Source: Vezdaea acicularis (Eukaryota). Taken from it: a DNA stretch of 64,000 nucleotides. The stretch is taken from assembly GCA_026025075.1 (NCBI GenBank), contig JAPEUI010000014.1, forward strand, positions 62,001 to 126,000, written 5' to 3'. The first letter of the stretch is position 1; every line of letters starts with the position of its first letter. This document shows, in pieces, positions 23,564 to 34,400 of the stretch. The notes below the pieces were generated by a model, which was not told the DNA's origin, ran no database searches, and was given only the letters and a program-made list of their open reading frames with translations. The position numbers were made by a program, and so were the translations under genes.

Positions 23564-26038
23564 ATGGACACCGCAGTTGCTGCACAGGGGAACGGAGTTC
23601 AAGATGGTAGGGAGCATGTCGAAGAAGACACGCCGCAGCAAGGTCCGGAGCATGGCCAACCTCAAGACGGCGACAATAAATTTCAAGAGGCAATAGCAGC
23701 ATGGAGAAGTGGGTGATCGCATTTTCCCCATATAGGATCTTCCGCATACTAAATCTTTACAACTAGACATCGACCTTACGAAATTGGTGCCAACGCTAGA
23801 CTTGACAGCCTCCGACATAGTTACTCAACAGAGGGACTCGTTGCTGCAAAGGAAAGATCTGGCACAGAAAACAAAGGACTTTAGAAAACTAGATGACGCA
23901 AGCAAGCTTGTAGAAATCAAGGGTTTACTCAAAGGTAAAGGGACAGCGCGCTGGAGAAGTCTTCCATGTGGTACTAACGCATATTGAAGCATATCAAACT
24001 TTCATTGACTCTATTACAAACCATGCAAAGGCCACATCGAACGCATTTCTTCAAGTGTACTCTCCGCTTTCCGAAGCACCTGACCCGTACCCGCTACTAG
24101 AAGCTTCTGTAGACTCGCTCCTCGTCTCGGAAGAGACGGTTCCAAAACTTACCTCTGAAAACAACCAATTACAGCGAACCGTTAAGAAACTTACCACACA
24201 GTTGGAAGACACCGAGAAACGGTTGGAGAATGAGCGGAATGTACGTAAGGAGGTGGAGAGTAAGAGGGAGGCTCAAGTCAAAGAAGTGGAGGTCACTTGG
24301 ATTGCAGTCCTGGAGGAGAAGGAAGACAATTGGGCTGCGAAAGAAAAGAATTTAGAAGAAAAGATTGAGAATCAAGAGCGTCTCGTGAGGGAAATGAAGG
24401 CCAGCTTTGAGGTGTCACAACGTCTTGGTCACGCAGGAGGTGGAGGCGAAGAAGTTGGGGGTGGAGCTTCAGCAGCAGAGCTTGAAATCGTCAGCTCTGA
24501 CCTTGAAAGGACAACACTACGACTGGCAGAAGTGGAATCCCGTAACGAACAGCTTCGGATGGAACTAGCACAATCCGCCTCCGGCTCGCACTCAAGGTCC
24601 TCCATTAAGCCTGAAGATGACCCAGCATTCCTTAGATTACGGTCCGAAAACTCATCCCTCTTCCGTAAACTAGATGCGCTACGACTGGAAAAGGAATCTA
24701 GCAAACGAGACTGTGAAACGAGGCTGCGTGGGGTTGAGAGGGACTTGGCTTCTATCAAACAAGAAAAGGATAGCTTGAAGGCCAAGATAGAGAAGTGGCA
24801 TGACTACGAAGACGTGAAGCGAGAGCTCGAGATGTTGAGGGTATGCCTCTCAGAAATGTTTCGACTTTGATCTGTTCTAACCCTATGCTCTCTAGTCGAT
24901 TGAATTTGCAACCGGTGATGATGAGGAATTTGACGAAGAGGCTATGTCGCCAGACTCACAACAGCACAGTGGACTCAACGGGAATGCTGTGAAGAGCGGT
25001 GCCGATTCGCTCGAAAAGTTGCTACTCGCTCGCAACAAGAAACTAAATAACGAGCTCATTATCTTACGCGTCTCACATCAGGATCTCCAGGCTCAATTGA
25101 ATTCATTGCAAGAAGACCTGTCCAACACAAATGCGGAGCTGGAGAGGTCACGGAATCTCACGGCTACTCTGGAGAATGACTTGCTCAAAGTTCAACGAGA
25201 AGCATCTAACGCTTTTCAGTCTTCCGCAGTGTCCGTAGCTGGAACATACACTTCGCGTCACCCTGCAGCTACCTCATTTGCCGGTCGCCGCGGGCGGACT
25301 TCCCCTACCTCCTCTATCATATCTGGTTTCGACCCACAGGGCAGCTCTCAGGCTACTCTGGAGGCTATACGCGCCGGAGAGGCCGTGGGAGGGGGGTCGG
25401 GGATTCTTCCCATGATCACCGCCCAACGTGATCGCTTCAAGCAAAAGAACCAACAACTCGAAGACGAACTGTCAAAGTCCTACAACATAGTGTCCTCTCT
25501 TAGGCAAGAGATTGCTGGTTTGCAGAAGGACAACTTGAATCTCTATGAAAAGACTCGATACGTGTCGTCATACAACCGTGGTCAGCCCGGGACTGCCTCG
25601 TCGTCCTCCTACTCTACCAACCCAAACCCCTCTAGCATCCAAGTTTCATCCTCCACGCCATCGGGACTTTCCTTGGAGCGATACAGATCAGCTTATGAAG
25701 CCAACATCTCTCCATTCGCTGCATTCCGAGGCCGTGAATCTGCACGAGCTTACAAGCGTATGAGCTTGCCCGAGCGCGTCGTCTTCTCAATCACGCGCAT
25801 GGTCTTGGCGAACCGTATGAGCAGGAACATCTTCGCCATCTACTGCCTGGGGCTGCATCTACTCGTCTTCGGCATGCTCTACTGGATGGGCACGGTTGAT
25901 ATCGAGAAACATTCCAGCAAGCTTGGCGACATGGCAGCCGGTGCTGCGGCGGCAGCTGCGGGACCAATAGGAGACGGCCTCGCTGGTGCGGGGGATAAGG
26001 GAAGCTGGCATCAGGAAGGTTTCTCGGGCGGTGGGTGA
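23564..26038 (+). CDS. COY1: Golgin CASP/Coy1 (CUX1-CASP family, coiled coil plus C-terminal TM)
   Basis: ATG at 23564, NKFQEAIAAWR, RKDLAQKTKDFRK, APDPYPLL, ITAQRDRFK, LQKDNLNLYEKTRY, TM with YCLGLHLLVF. Three introns. Confidence 0.92.
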
Positions 26039-27714
26039 CGGGCTGGATGATGTTTCTCTGTATCACTATCTAAGCATACCTTGCATGGTGGCTGTTTACA
26101 CAACAGCGCCGAGGAGTCACTCGGAGGTTTGCACGTCACTTGGGATCGGAGGTCGCTTAGGTTTACGCCCTGAGGGGGGAAGAACTGGGAGAAGACCGAT
26201 TTTTGGTGGCCCGTCCTCAAACGCTGGCTTCGTGCTCTCGTATTGCCACACCTGCTCAGGATGCACAAAGGCGCTTGGAAGCCGGATGAACGACCACGCC
26301 CAAGAGTGAATGGGTGGGGCATGGAGATCCTTCCTGCAAGCCGTCGGCCACGGCGAGCGCCACAGGATGCGGCCTGACCGCGTACGTGCATATCGGTCGT
26401 CGTTCGCGCATTGAGGTGGTGTATGGGGGTATGCAGATGATCCGTTGAGCCGCGCCTGGACGCTGAAGCCTAAGGATCTCAAGCTGTTCGTGGCCATCAG
26501 ACTATTACGCTGGCATAAGGTTATGCGCTTGCAGAGGGCCAATAGAGCGAGAGAGTACCAGATTGCGAATCGTGCGTGGTATATATAGAAGCACATCTAC
26601 GGTTAATCTTAGCTGGAATCTCCACCATCTTCGCCACTGGAGACGAGGATATGGAGGATGAATTAGACTTGTTCTTCCGCGTAGTTCAGTGGGGAAGAAG
26701 TCGGAGTCTGCCCAATCAACCGGCGGACAGCCTCGATCTTCCCTGTATCCATTCAAAGCTGGACTTGGTTCTGGAATATGCAATGGGCACGAAGCGGCTG
26801 CCTCCACGTAACAACCACCTGGTGGGTTTCCTGGAAGGTGGATGGGTCGTCCATGCACATGGTCCCTCGTCTGGAGCAGTTCGGCGCTTCGCGGTGGGTG
26901 GACCCTGTCCGGGTGAAACGAAAGCCCGCCGTTAAGCGAAACGCGGCCCTTGTTGTCGCGCGCGAGCTCAGCGGCTTTTTGCTTGGTATCGTCGACCGCC
27001 ATCAGCAAAAGTGCAAGAGTAAAGGTCAGTTGATGGGCTGGAAAGATCGTTGAAAATCGCCGCTGCGAGATCCATATCTACGCGCGACAAAGAGCCAAGA
27101 ACGCGGTCATGGCCCATGATACGACATGGACCCTCTCTTGGCGAGAATATACGCGGAAGATGCGATTGGCTGGCGAGCCCGACCCCGAGGCGCCCGCAAG
27201 GTCGTTAGCTCCCGTTGCCTGCGTCTAATGGACGGACGGCTCGACCACTCAGCGGCAAGAGGCTTGTGCGGCGGCTCGGCAGTCAGACATCCTCACCACC
27301 ACGAAGCTCCCTCCAGCTGGCCAGAGATTGCGGAACGTCCGACATGGAGATGAGTCCTGCTTCGAACCCTGCCCCAGACCGGCCTCCCCGATGGGATCCC
27401 CGGCCGCCAAAAGGAAAAGCTCGCTGCCGACTGGCTGCCACTTCCGGCGGTACCGCAGGCCCTTGCCACCCTGCCCATCTCATCTATCTGAGAATAGAAT
27501 ATCGACATTGAGTCCTTCTCGGCGCCTCGTGCGACGGCCTCTATAAGAATCTATCATGCCGGCGACGCCTCGCGTTGTAATCTCGTCGTATGTCCCTGCT
27601 CTCGAGAGTCTTCCCTTTGATGCCCATTGACCAACTCCTCCAACACCAACTCGACGTCCAAGCCTCTCTCATCCTCAGTTCGACTCTCCCGGAGAGGTCC
27701 ACAGCATTAGAAAG

Positions 27715-28648
27715 ATGCATTCGATAGCATGGCTTCTCATGGCGTGCGGCAGTCTCGCCGCTGCCGCCCCATCATCGGGGAATGGCAATTGGTATAACGG
27801 ATGGGTCCCACCGGTCCAGAACTATTTCGAAGCCGTGGGGAAGCACGTCTCCGAAGCTCGAGACACAGGCAAAGGCAACTGGCCCACGCCGTCGTCCTGC
27901 GATCTAAGCAAAGCCCAGATGCCAGTCGGTAAGTCGACATTCACCAGTCGACAAGAAATGTTGTGAAGCTCCTCAACTAACAAAGACATCCAAAGCCCCT
28001 ACCGCCCTCCCCAACCCCTCCGCCGGCCTCCAACTCGTCCACGTCGCCATCGGCCGCGGGACCCAGAACTACAGCTGCGCCGACAACTCGAGCAGCACGT
28101 ACCCAACCGCGAACGGCGCCGTGGCCAAACTCTACAACGCGACCTGCACGGCCGCGAACTACCCCGACCTCGTCGCCATGATGCCCGAACTGTCACTGCA
28201 ATTCACGCAGCCCGCCACCAACTCCACCCTCCAGCCCTCCTCGCTCGCCTACCTCGGCGAGCACTACTTCCGCGACAACAGCACGCCGACCTTCGACCTC
28301 GACACCGCCCGCTACCAGCTCGGCTGCTCATACGAGGCCAAGAACGCGAGTTCCCCCGCCCCCGCCGACGCGCCCAAAGGGCCCGCCGGCCAGGGCTACG
28401 GCGCTGTGGCCTGGCTCAAGCTCGTCGCGAAGCCCGCCCTCAAGGGTACGGGCGCGCAGGAGGTGTACAGGCTCAACACTGCGGGTGGAGCGCCGCCGCC
28501 GAATTGCGCGGGCATGGGAGCCCAGTTTACGGTGGATTACGCGGCTGAGTACGTCATTCCTTCTTGCCTCTCTTTATATAGAGCAAACTCAAAGCTTGTC
28601 TTAAACGGAGACTAACGCAATACCTCTAGATACTGGTTCTGGGAATAG
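27715..28648 (+). CDS. Secreted DUF3455-family protein (often annotated 'malate dehydrogenase-like')
   Basis: Signal peptide MHSIAWLLMACGSLAAAAP; HVAIGRGTQNYSC, LGEHYF, AVAWLKL, VYRLNTAGG, YAAEYWFW. Introns 27929-27995 and 28549-28629. Confidence 0.85.
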
Positions 28649-29068
28649 AAAATGAACACTCTTTCCGGACTGGAGGGGCGGCACTCTTACAGCTTTAGTT
28701 TTTCTTCTGCATCGTCTCAGGCGTCTTTGTCTTGCATTTACCACGGCGTTTATTCATCCGATGGGGGGAATTCTTCTTCTTCTTTTACCTCCCTTTTCCC
28801 GCTTCTTCTCTCTTAGTCTGTCCTGTCACGACGGAATGGTCCTGAAATCCTCCCCCCACCCCTCTTCTCAGCCAACTAAAGCTGAACCTGGGCACGAGAT
28901 TGGATGCGGCCCATGTAGATCCCGTCTCTAGCAACGCCCGAAAGCGTCGCTTCTTTTTTTGTATCTATGTAACTATGCCGAGATCTTGGACTCTTCTCGC
29001 GCGTAGCTAGCTATTTAGGCCAACCTCGACGGAAAATTTCAAATAAAAACACATTAATCCGTATCCTT

Positions 29069-29074
<6 letters not shown>

Positions 29075-29118
<44 letters not shown>
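29075..29118. repeat. (CT)22 microsatellite
   Basis: Perfect dinucleotide run read directly. Confidence 0.95.
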
Positions 29119-29123
<5 letters not shown>

Positions 29124-29295
29124 TACGGGCTTGTCAGTGATTAGATCACCTGTGTGACAAGTATTAGTTAGAGGGTTTGATATCCAGCGAACCCCCCGGC
29201 CCCTTCCTTCCGCTCGTGTATTCCGCGAAATACGATGCGTGTGTACCCTTCCATCATTATTTGGTATCGTGTGACCCCCAACTTTCCCAAAACAT

Positions 29296-29318
29296 AAAAA
29301 AAAAAAAAAAAAAAAAAA
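29296..29318 (-). terminator. T23 tract (A23 on +) downstream of the tRNA; probable Pol III terminator
   Basis: Homopolymer about 50 nt 3' of the minus-strand tRNA. A shorter TTTT lies at 29355-29358. Confidence 0.6.
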
Positions 29319-29368
29319 TCATCCGTTCCAATCCCTCCGAGAGAAGAAGGATTTAAAACAATAGAATA

Positions 29369-29491
29369 TGCCCCCAACTGGGATTGAACCAGTGACCTTC
29401 GCATCTCTATGCCTCCCCGAGCCCAAGTTCCGGCGACAGAACCCAGTGGGGCGGTTACAAGTGCGACGCGCTACCGCTACGCCATAAGGGC
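29369..29491 (-). tRNA. tRNA-Thr(TGT) with 51-nt intron (29405-29455)
   Basis: Acceptor GCCCTTA/TGGGGGC+A, D arm GCGT..GCGC, anticodon stem TCGCA/TGCGA with CT-TGT-A, T arm ACTGG-TTCAATC-CCAGT. 72 nt after intron removal at 37/38. Confidence 0.95.
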
Positions 29492-30204
29492 TTACATAAA
29501 CTTCCAAATGGCTTATATCTAATCCTCACTACATTACAAAATGGAGGGCTTTCTTAGACAGCGCGATGGGATGGGATTTGGTTGTGGATATAGAATCGCA
29601 TTCGCGATAGGCCGGGAAAAGCGAGAAGAAGTTTAACTTACCCTACAACCACCCCCCCCGGCCCCGGCGGGTCGCAAGCAGAGCTCGTGATCTCCTCGAC
29701 TGCGTGAGGAGGAAGGGATAAGTCGGTCGGTCGGTGGATATGTGGGAGTGGTTATGGCAATGGGGATAGGGATTTGCCATTGCATCCCATCACACCACAT
29801 CACATCATACTCACCCGTGAAAGGGCGGGGATGGCTACGAGCCTCGATCTCATGGCGGACTCGTGGGTTCTGCCCCTAGTCCCGCCCCCCTCCGACCTCC
29901 GGGGGCGTGCTAGGAGGGAGGGAAGGGGAAAGAGATTTATGATGAATCGTATGATGTATCACTCGTTCTATACTACTGAGAAGACAGGGGGGAGGGAGTG
30001 CGAGGTAGATAGTACCAGTTCGCTATGGATGGGTCTGCTGGGCGCGTTGGAGGTGGGGTGTACGGATATGCCACCCTTCGTAACCCATACGCATGAACGC
30101 ACGTACGTGACAAGAAAAGCAGATACACCTTCCCTTCTCCCCCTTCCCCAACCCCCTACCCTTCCCAAACCCCCCACAGCGCTAAAAGCACCACCCCAGC
30201 CTTG

Positions 30205-32257
30205 TCATCCCGCCGCCACATCCCCCACAGCATCCACCTCCGCCGCTCCACGAGCGAGTGAGATTCCCTCACCCAAGCCATCCACTCTGGAGTCTTCATC
30301 CCCGACATCGATTCCGCCGAGTTTGAGCAGCAACTTGCCCGCCTTCCTTCTACCCATCTCGTCCTCCAGATCCGCGGCCGCGGAGTCGTCCGTCCCCTCG
30401 CGGGCCCAGATACGGGCGCTGCCCGCGGAACTCTTGCTTTCGTGGAGACTGGCGCTATCGACACTCGTCGCCGTCTCATCCAGTCCCCCAGCACCAGCAC
30501 CATCAGCACCAACCCCCGCACCAACCGCATCATCCCCCCGAGCCTCGACTCCAGCTAGCACCCTCCCCACCTCGCCCACCTCCTCATCCCTAACATCATT
30601 CCAGCTACAGCGGGCATGCTTATTAGTGCACGGCCAGCAGGCGGTGAGTTTCTTGCTACACTCCTTTCCGATCTTGCGGCAGCGGTCGCAGCGGGGCTCG
30701 ATCTTGTCGCCCGCGTCGAGCAGCTTGACGTAGCTGGTCATCAGCTCGTGGTATTTGCCCTCTGGCTTTTTGGGCGCGTGGGGGTGGCCGCTACTGCTGC
30801 TGAGGCCGATGGTCCCGCTTCCGCTCCCACTGCCAACGCCGCCGAGGACGTTGGTGAGGCCGAGGGTTTTGGCGGGCGTGTGTGCGCGCATGTGCGGGTT
30901 GTCGGGGCCGGAGCGGTCGGTGGAGCGGCGGGTGTCGCTGTGGTGACTGGTGGTGGTGCCGTAGTCTTTGATGGAGGAGGAATGGGGCCGGTCGGCCTGC
31001 GTCGTGCTTCGCCGGTGGTGGTGGTGGTGGTGGCTGGGAGTTTGCTTGGTGAGAGGGGGGACGCTGGGCGTGTCGGAGAGGCGCTCATACGCGGACCAGC
31101 TAGAGGACGGGCGGTTCTTGTCAGCGACGAGCTCGGCGGTGGTGCGGAAGCGTCGCTTGAGGTCTGCTTTCAAGACATCCCATGTGGCGGCGTCGGCTGC
31201 TTCTTGCTGCTTGGTGCCATCGGCGGTGCTTAGGTGGTTGGCGGCGGGCGGAGAGGGGAGCATGGAGCCGGGTGCGTGCTTGAGGGGGGGATGGTGGTCG
31301 AGGCCACTCGCGTTCACGGCGGTGAAACCGGCGGAGCCGGAGGAGTGCGGCTCTTCGTCGCCGCTGGAGACGTCGGGGACGGTGGACGAGTTCGAGGCGC
31401 GGGATTCTTTACGGCGGGCGCGGGCGAGGGCGAATTTAGTCTCAGCGAGTTGCCGCTGGATGACGCGGGCAAAGGCGGAGACTGGGGAGGTGTCAGTACA
31501 TCTGAGGCTCTGATCTTCGTGTTTTCTTGGGGGGCTTACCTCTGTCGTAATTGGCAATGAGACTCCTTAGACCATCGCTAACGATTTCGTGGGTCAGTTC
31601 CTCCTGGAGAGCATCTTCCGCCACCGCTTCCCTGCTCAGCTGGATGTTGACGGACGTCGCGAGCGTCCACTGACTTTCTGACATCTGCACGACACAGGAG
31701 CCCACGGGGACTTCATACACCCTGGCGCCATCCGCAAGCTTGATTTCTCTGTACTGCCGCGGGTGAGCCTTGATGAACTCGGCGACCTCAACGAACGTGA
31801 CGGTGCTCTCAGCACCGCGCTTCCTTTCCACAATCTTGATGGAATCTTGATCCTGAAACATTTTGTTTACACCTTCCGCGAGGATCATGGCACGCGGAGG
31901 AACGCCAAGGTTCGCTGCGAGGCTTCCGTGGAGCTTGATCCCTTCTTCGAGCTGCTTGAGGACGGCATGGGCGGTCGTTGGGACTTCCTCTCCCGTAAGA
32001 AGCGGGATGCTTTCAGGACTAGTCTTGACCCGGTAGTTGATGTTCGATACAGCGTGAGAGGCTTTGGAGGCTTCCGTCTTGATATGCTTGGGGACTGTAG
32101 AGCGGGACTGTCCCTCGTCGCTCGGTGAACGTTTACGCTTGTCTCCTGTGGAGGGGGCAGGGCTGACCCTCCCACCCGTGTGGCCGTTGACCATTGTTTT
32201 CATCGCTCCTGAACTGTCGTTACCGGGCTCGGGAGGAAATGGAGGCAGTCTGAACAT
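30205..32257 (-). CDS. Zn(II)2Cys6 cluster protein with a C-terminally placed cluster
   Basis: CDRCRKIGKECSKKLTACWPCTNKHARC fits C-x2-C-x6-C-x6-C-x2-C-x6-C. Intron 31482-31539 joins the two ORFs in frame (YDR|VSAFAR). Start codon is less certain. Confidence 0.75.
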
Positions 32258-32874
32258 GATGAACGATTAGTAAAGACGGTTCGGAGTATGTAGAGAGAGA
32301 GAGAGAGAGCGTCGCAAGGTCCTTGGCGGAGGGGCGTGAAGCAAGGCGGAAGGAGGGCAGAGGCGAGTGCATTCCTGAGGAGACGGGGAGGTAAGGAACG
32401 TCCGTGGGATACAGGCGGAGCAGATTATGAAAAAGGCGCAGAGAGAGAGCGGACTTGCCTTGCGCTCGGTGGAGCATGCGCAGTGGAGACTTCCGTTGTT
32501 GAACTGAACGGAACTGAACTTGGTCGTGCCTGTGCGAAGCCGAATCTCCGCGCGTTGGCGAAGGGCGGAGCAATCGCGGGGAAGTGGATCCACGGGCAGC
32601 AGCCTCGAGAGGTGATCGGAAGGATAGGACCACGGCCGCGATGATTACCAGAGCGAGGGATGTGTAGGAGAGTGAAAGGCGGACGGTGTTGCGTGCGGGG
32701 AGGAGAGGAGGGAGGGTCGGTGTCGGCGGCGGCGGCGCGGGCAGGGCGGCCGAGGGAAGAGTGGGTGGGTGGGTGACGTTCCGCTCCTCGGCGTGGAACC
32801 CTGCGGAGTCGCGGAATGAGCGCAACCACCACCAGCGTTTCTGCTTGCGCCCTGCACGGCGCACTCCCCTCGTC

Positions 32875-32876
<2 letters not shown>

Positions 32877-32927
<51 letters not shown>
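32877..32927. repeat. C51 homopolymer (G51 on minus)
   Basis: Uninterrupted C run read directly. Confidence 0.9.
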
Positions 32928-32929
<2 letters not shown>

Positions 32930-33325
32930 ATCCGCCCCCATCCACCGGCCGCATGAAACGGGCGTTGTTACTGCTGCTCTTATTGCTGCTGTTGTTGCTC
33001 CTGCTCACTTGCTGGGCGCTTTTCCCGCGCGAGTTTCAACGGCCCCAGCCGGCCGGCGGCCCCCGCTCCTCCTTGCCCCGACCGGCATCCTCGGACGGTG
33101 CCCCGTTTTTCCCTTCCGTTTGTCCGGTCTCCGCTCCCCCGCGCTGCGCAATCCACCCGACCCACCCACCTCCCCATCCGAACGGGGCGCGCTAAGCGAG
33201 AGTGGGAAGGGAACTGAACAAATCCCGAGCGCCCTCGTATGAAATTAATTCCCGCTCCAACTCTCCTTCACTCCTCACTCTTCGCGACCGCGTTCATTCT
33301 CGTGGCACACAGCTCATGCCCGACA

Positions 33326-33926
33326 ATGTCAGAGCGGGGTAACTTCCGGGGCGGGGGCCGTGGCGGTAGAGGCGGAGGCGGCGGGGAGGCCGGTCATCGC
33401 GGCGGGAGGGGTGGTGCGAGGGGTGGCCACGGCGGGCAGCAGGGCGCAGAGGGCAAGAAGAAGGAGAATATCCTGGACTTGTCGAAGCTCGTGGACAAGG
33501 AGATCACGGTCAAGTTCAACGGTGGCCGGGAAGGTGAGTTGCTGGTGCTTCGACCCCCTTCGTGGAGGCTTTGAGAAGAAAATATATATATATATATATA
33601 TACCCGCCGTGCTCACGTGTCGGCCGGTTCTGGTACTTGAAACCTCTAGCTGACAACATCATCTCGCAGTGGTGGGCATACTGAAAGGCTACGACCAGCT
33701 CATGAACCTCGTACTGGACGACGTAAGGGAACTTCTTCGAGGTAAGCCATCACCAGTTCGACCAACGAGCACAATCACAGCTAACGACTCTGCCCTAGAC
33801 GACGAAGGAAACGAGTCTTCCCGCCCCTTGGGTCTAGTTGTGGCTCGGGGCACGCTGCTGGTGCTTGTGTCGCCCGTCGACGGGAGCGCGGAGATACCGA
33901 ATCCTTTCGTCGATCAAGAGGAATGA
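33326..33926 (+). CDS. LSM7: Sm-like protein Lsm7
   Basis: RGG-rich N-terminus, KKENILDLSK, FNGGREVVGILKGYDQLMNLVLD, LGLVVARGT. Introns 33534-33669 and 33742-33798. Confidence 0.96.
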
Positions 33927-34400
33927 ACGAATGCACGTGGTTGAGACGGCCTGCTCGAGAGAAGAGACACTAGATCAGTGCTTTTGATGCAAGAATGGAT
34001 GGATGGCCTCGATACAGGGGCTCCTGAGGAGACCAGCTGCCACTGGGCCATCTCCGATACGCCTACTGGCGCCCTATGGGAGCGGAAGATTGACCCGACC
34101 AAGGCATCATGTAGAAGGCTGGGATATCAGATGGAGGACCTCATCTAGTTCCTTCAAGCATCACTACGCTTCACAAAATGCAGGACTAAATTCACTGATT
34201 CACTGAGTTACTGATTGATTGAATGAATGTATTTTCTTATTTTTTTTTCCCAGGCCATTGCGGCACTGTCTGTATACAACGCCCACCTGCGTTTCCCGCA
34301 TACACCCTACTACGGTTCGACTGGCCCTCCATTATTCCAACACGAGACCCATCCCCTTACAGACTCTAGCCAAACTTTACTTGCACAGGATACATATCCG

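Noticed and set aside
26040..27700. ORFs of 90-167 aa on both strands
   Set aside because: No family motif or splice-consistent model; cannot distinguish from intergenic sequence without a search.
32220..33195. Poly-Gly and poly-Pro ORFs (262 aa minus, 169 aa plus)
   Set aside because: Products of the C51 run and triplet repeats, with non-ATG starts.
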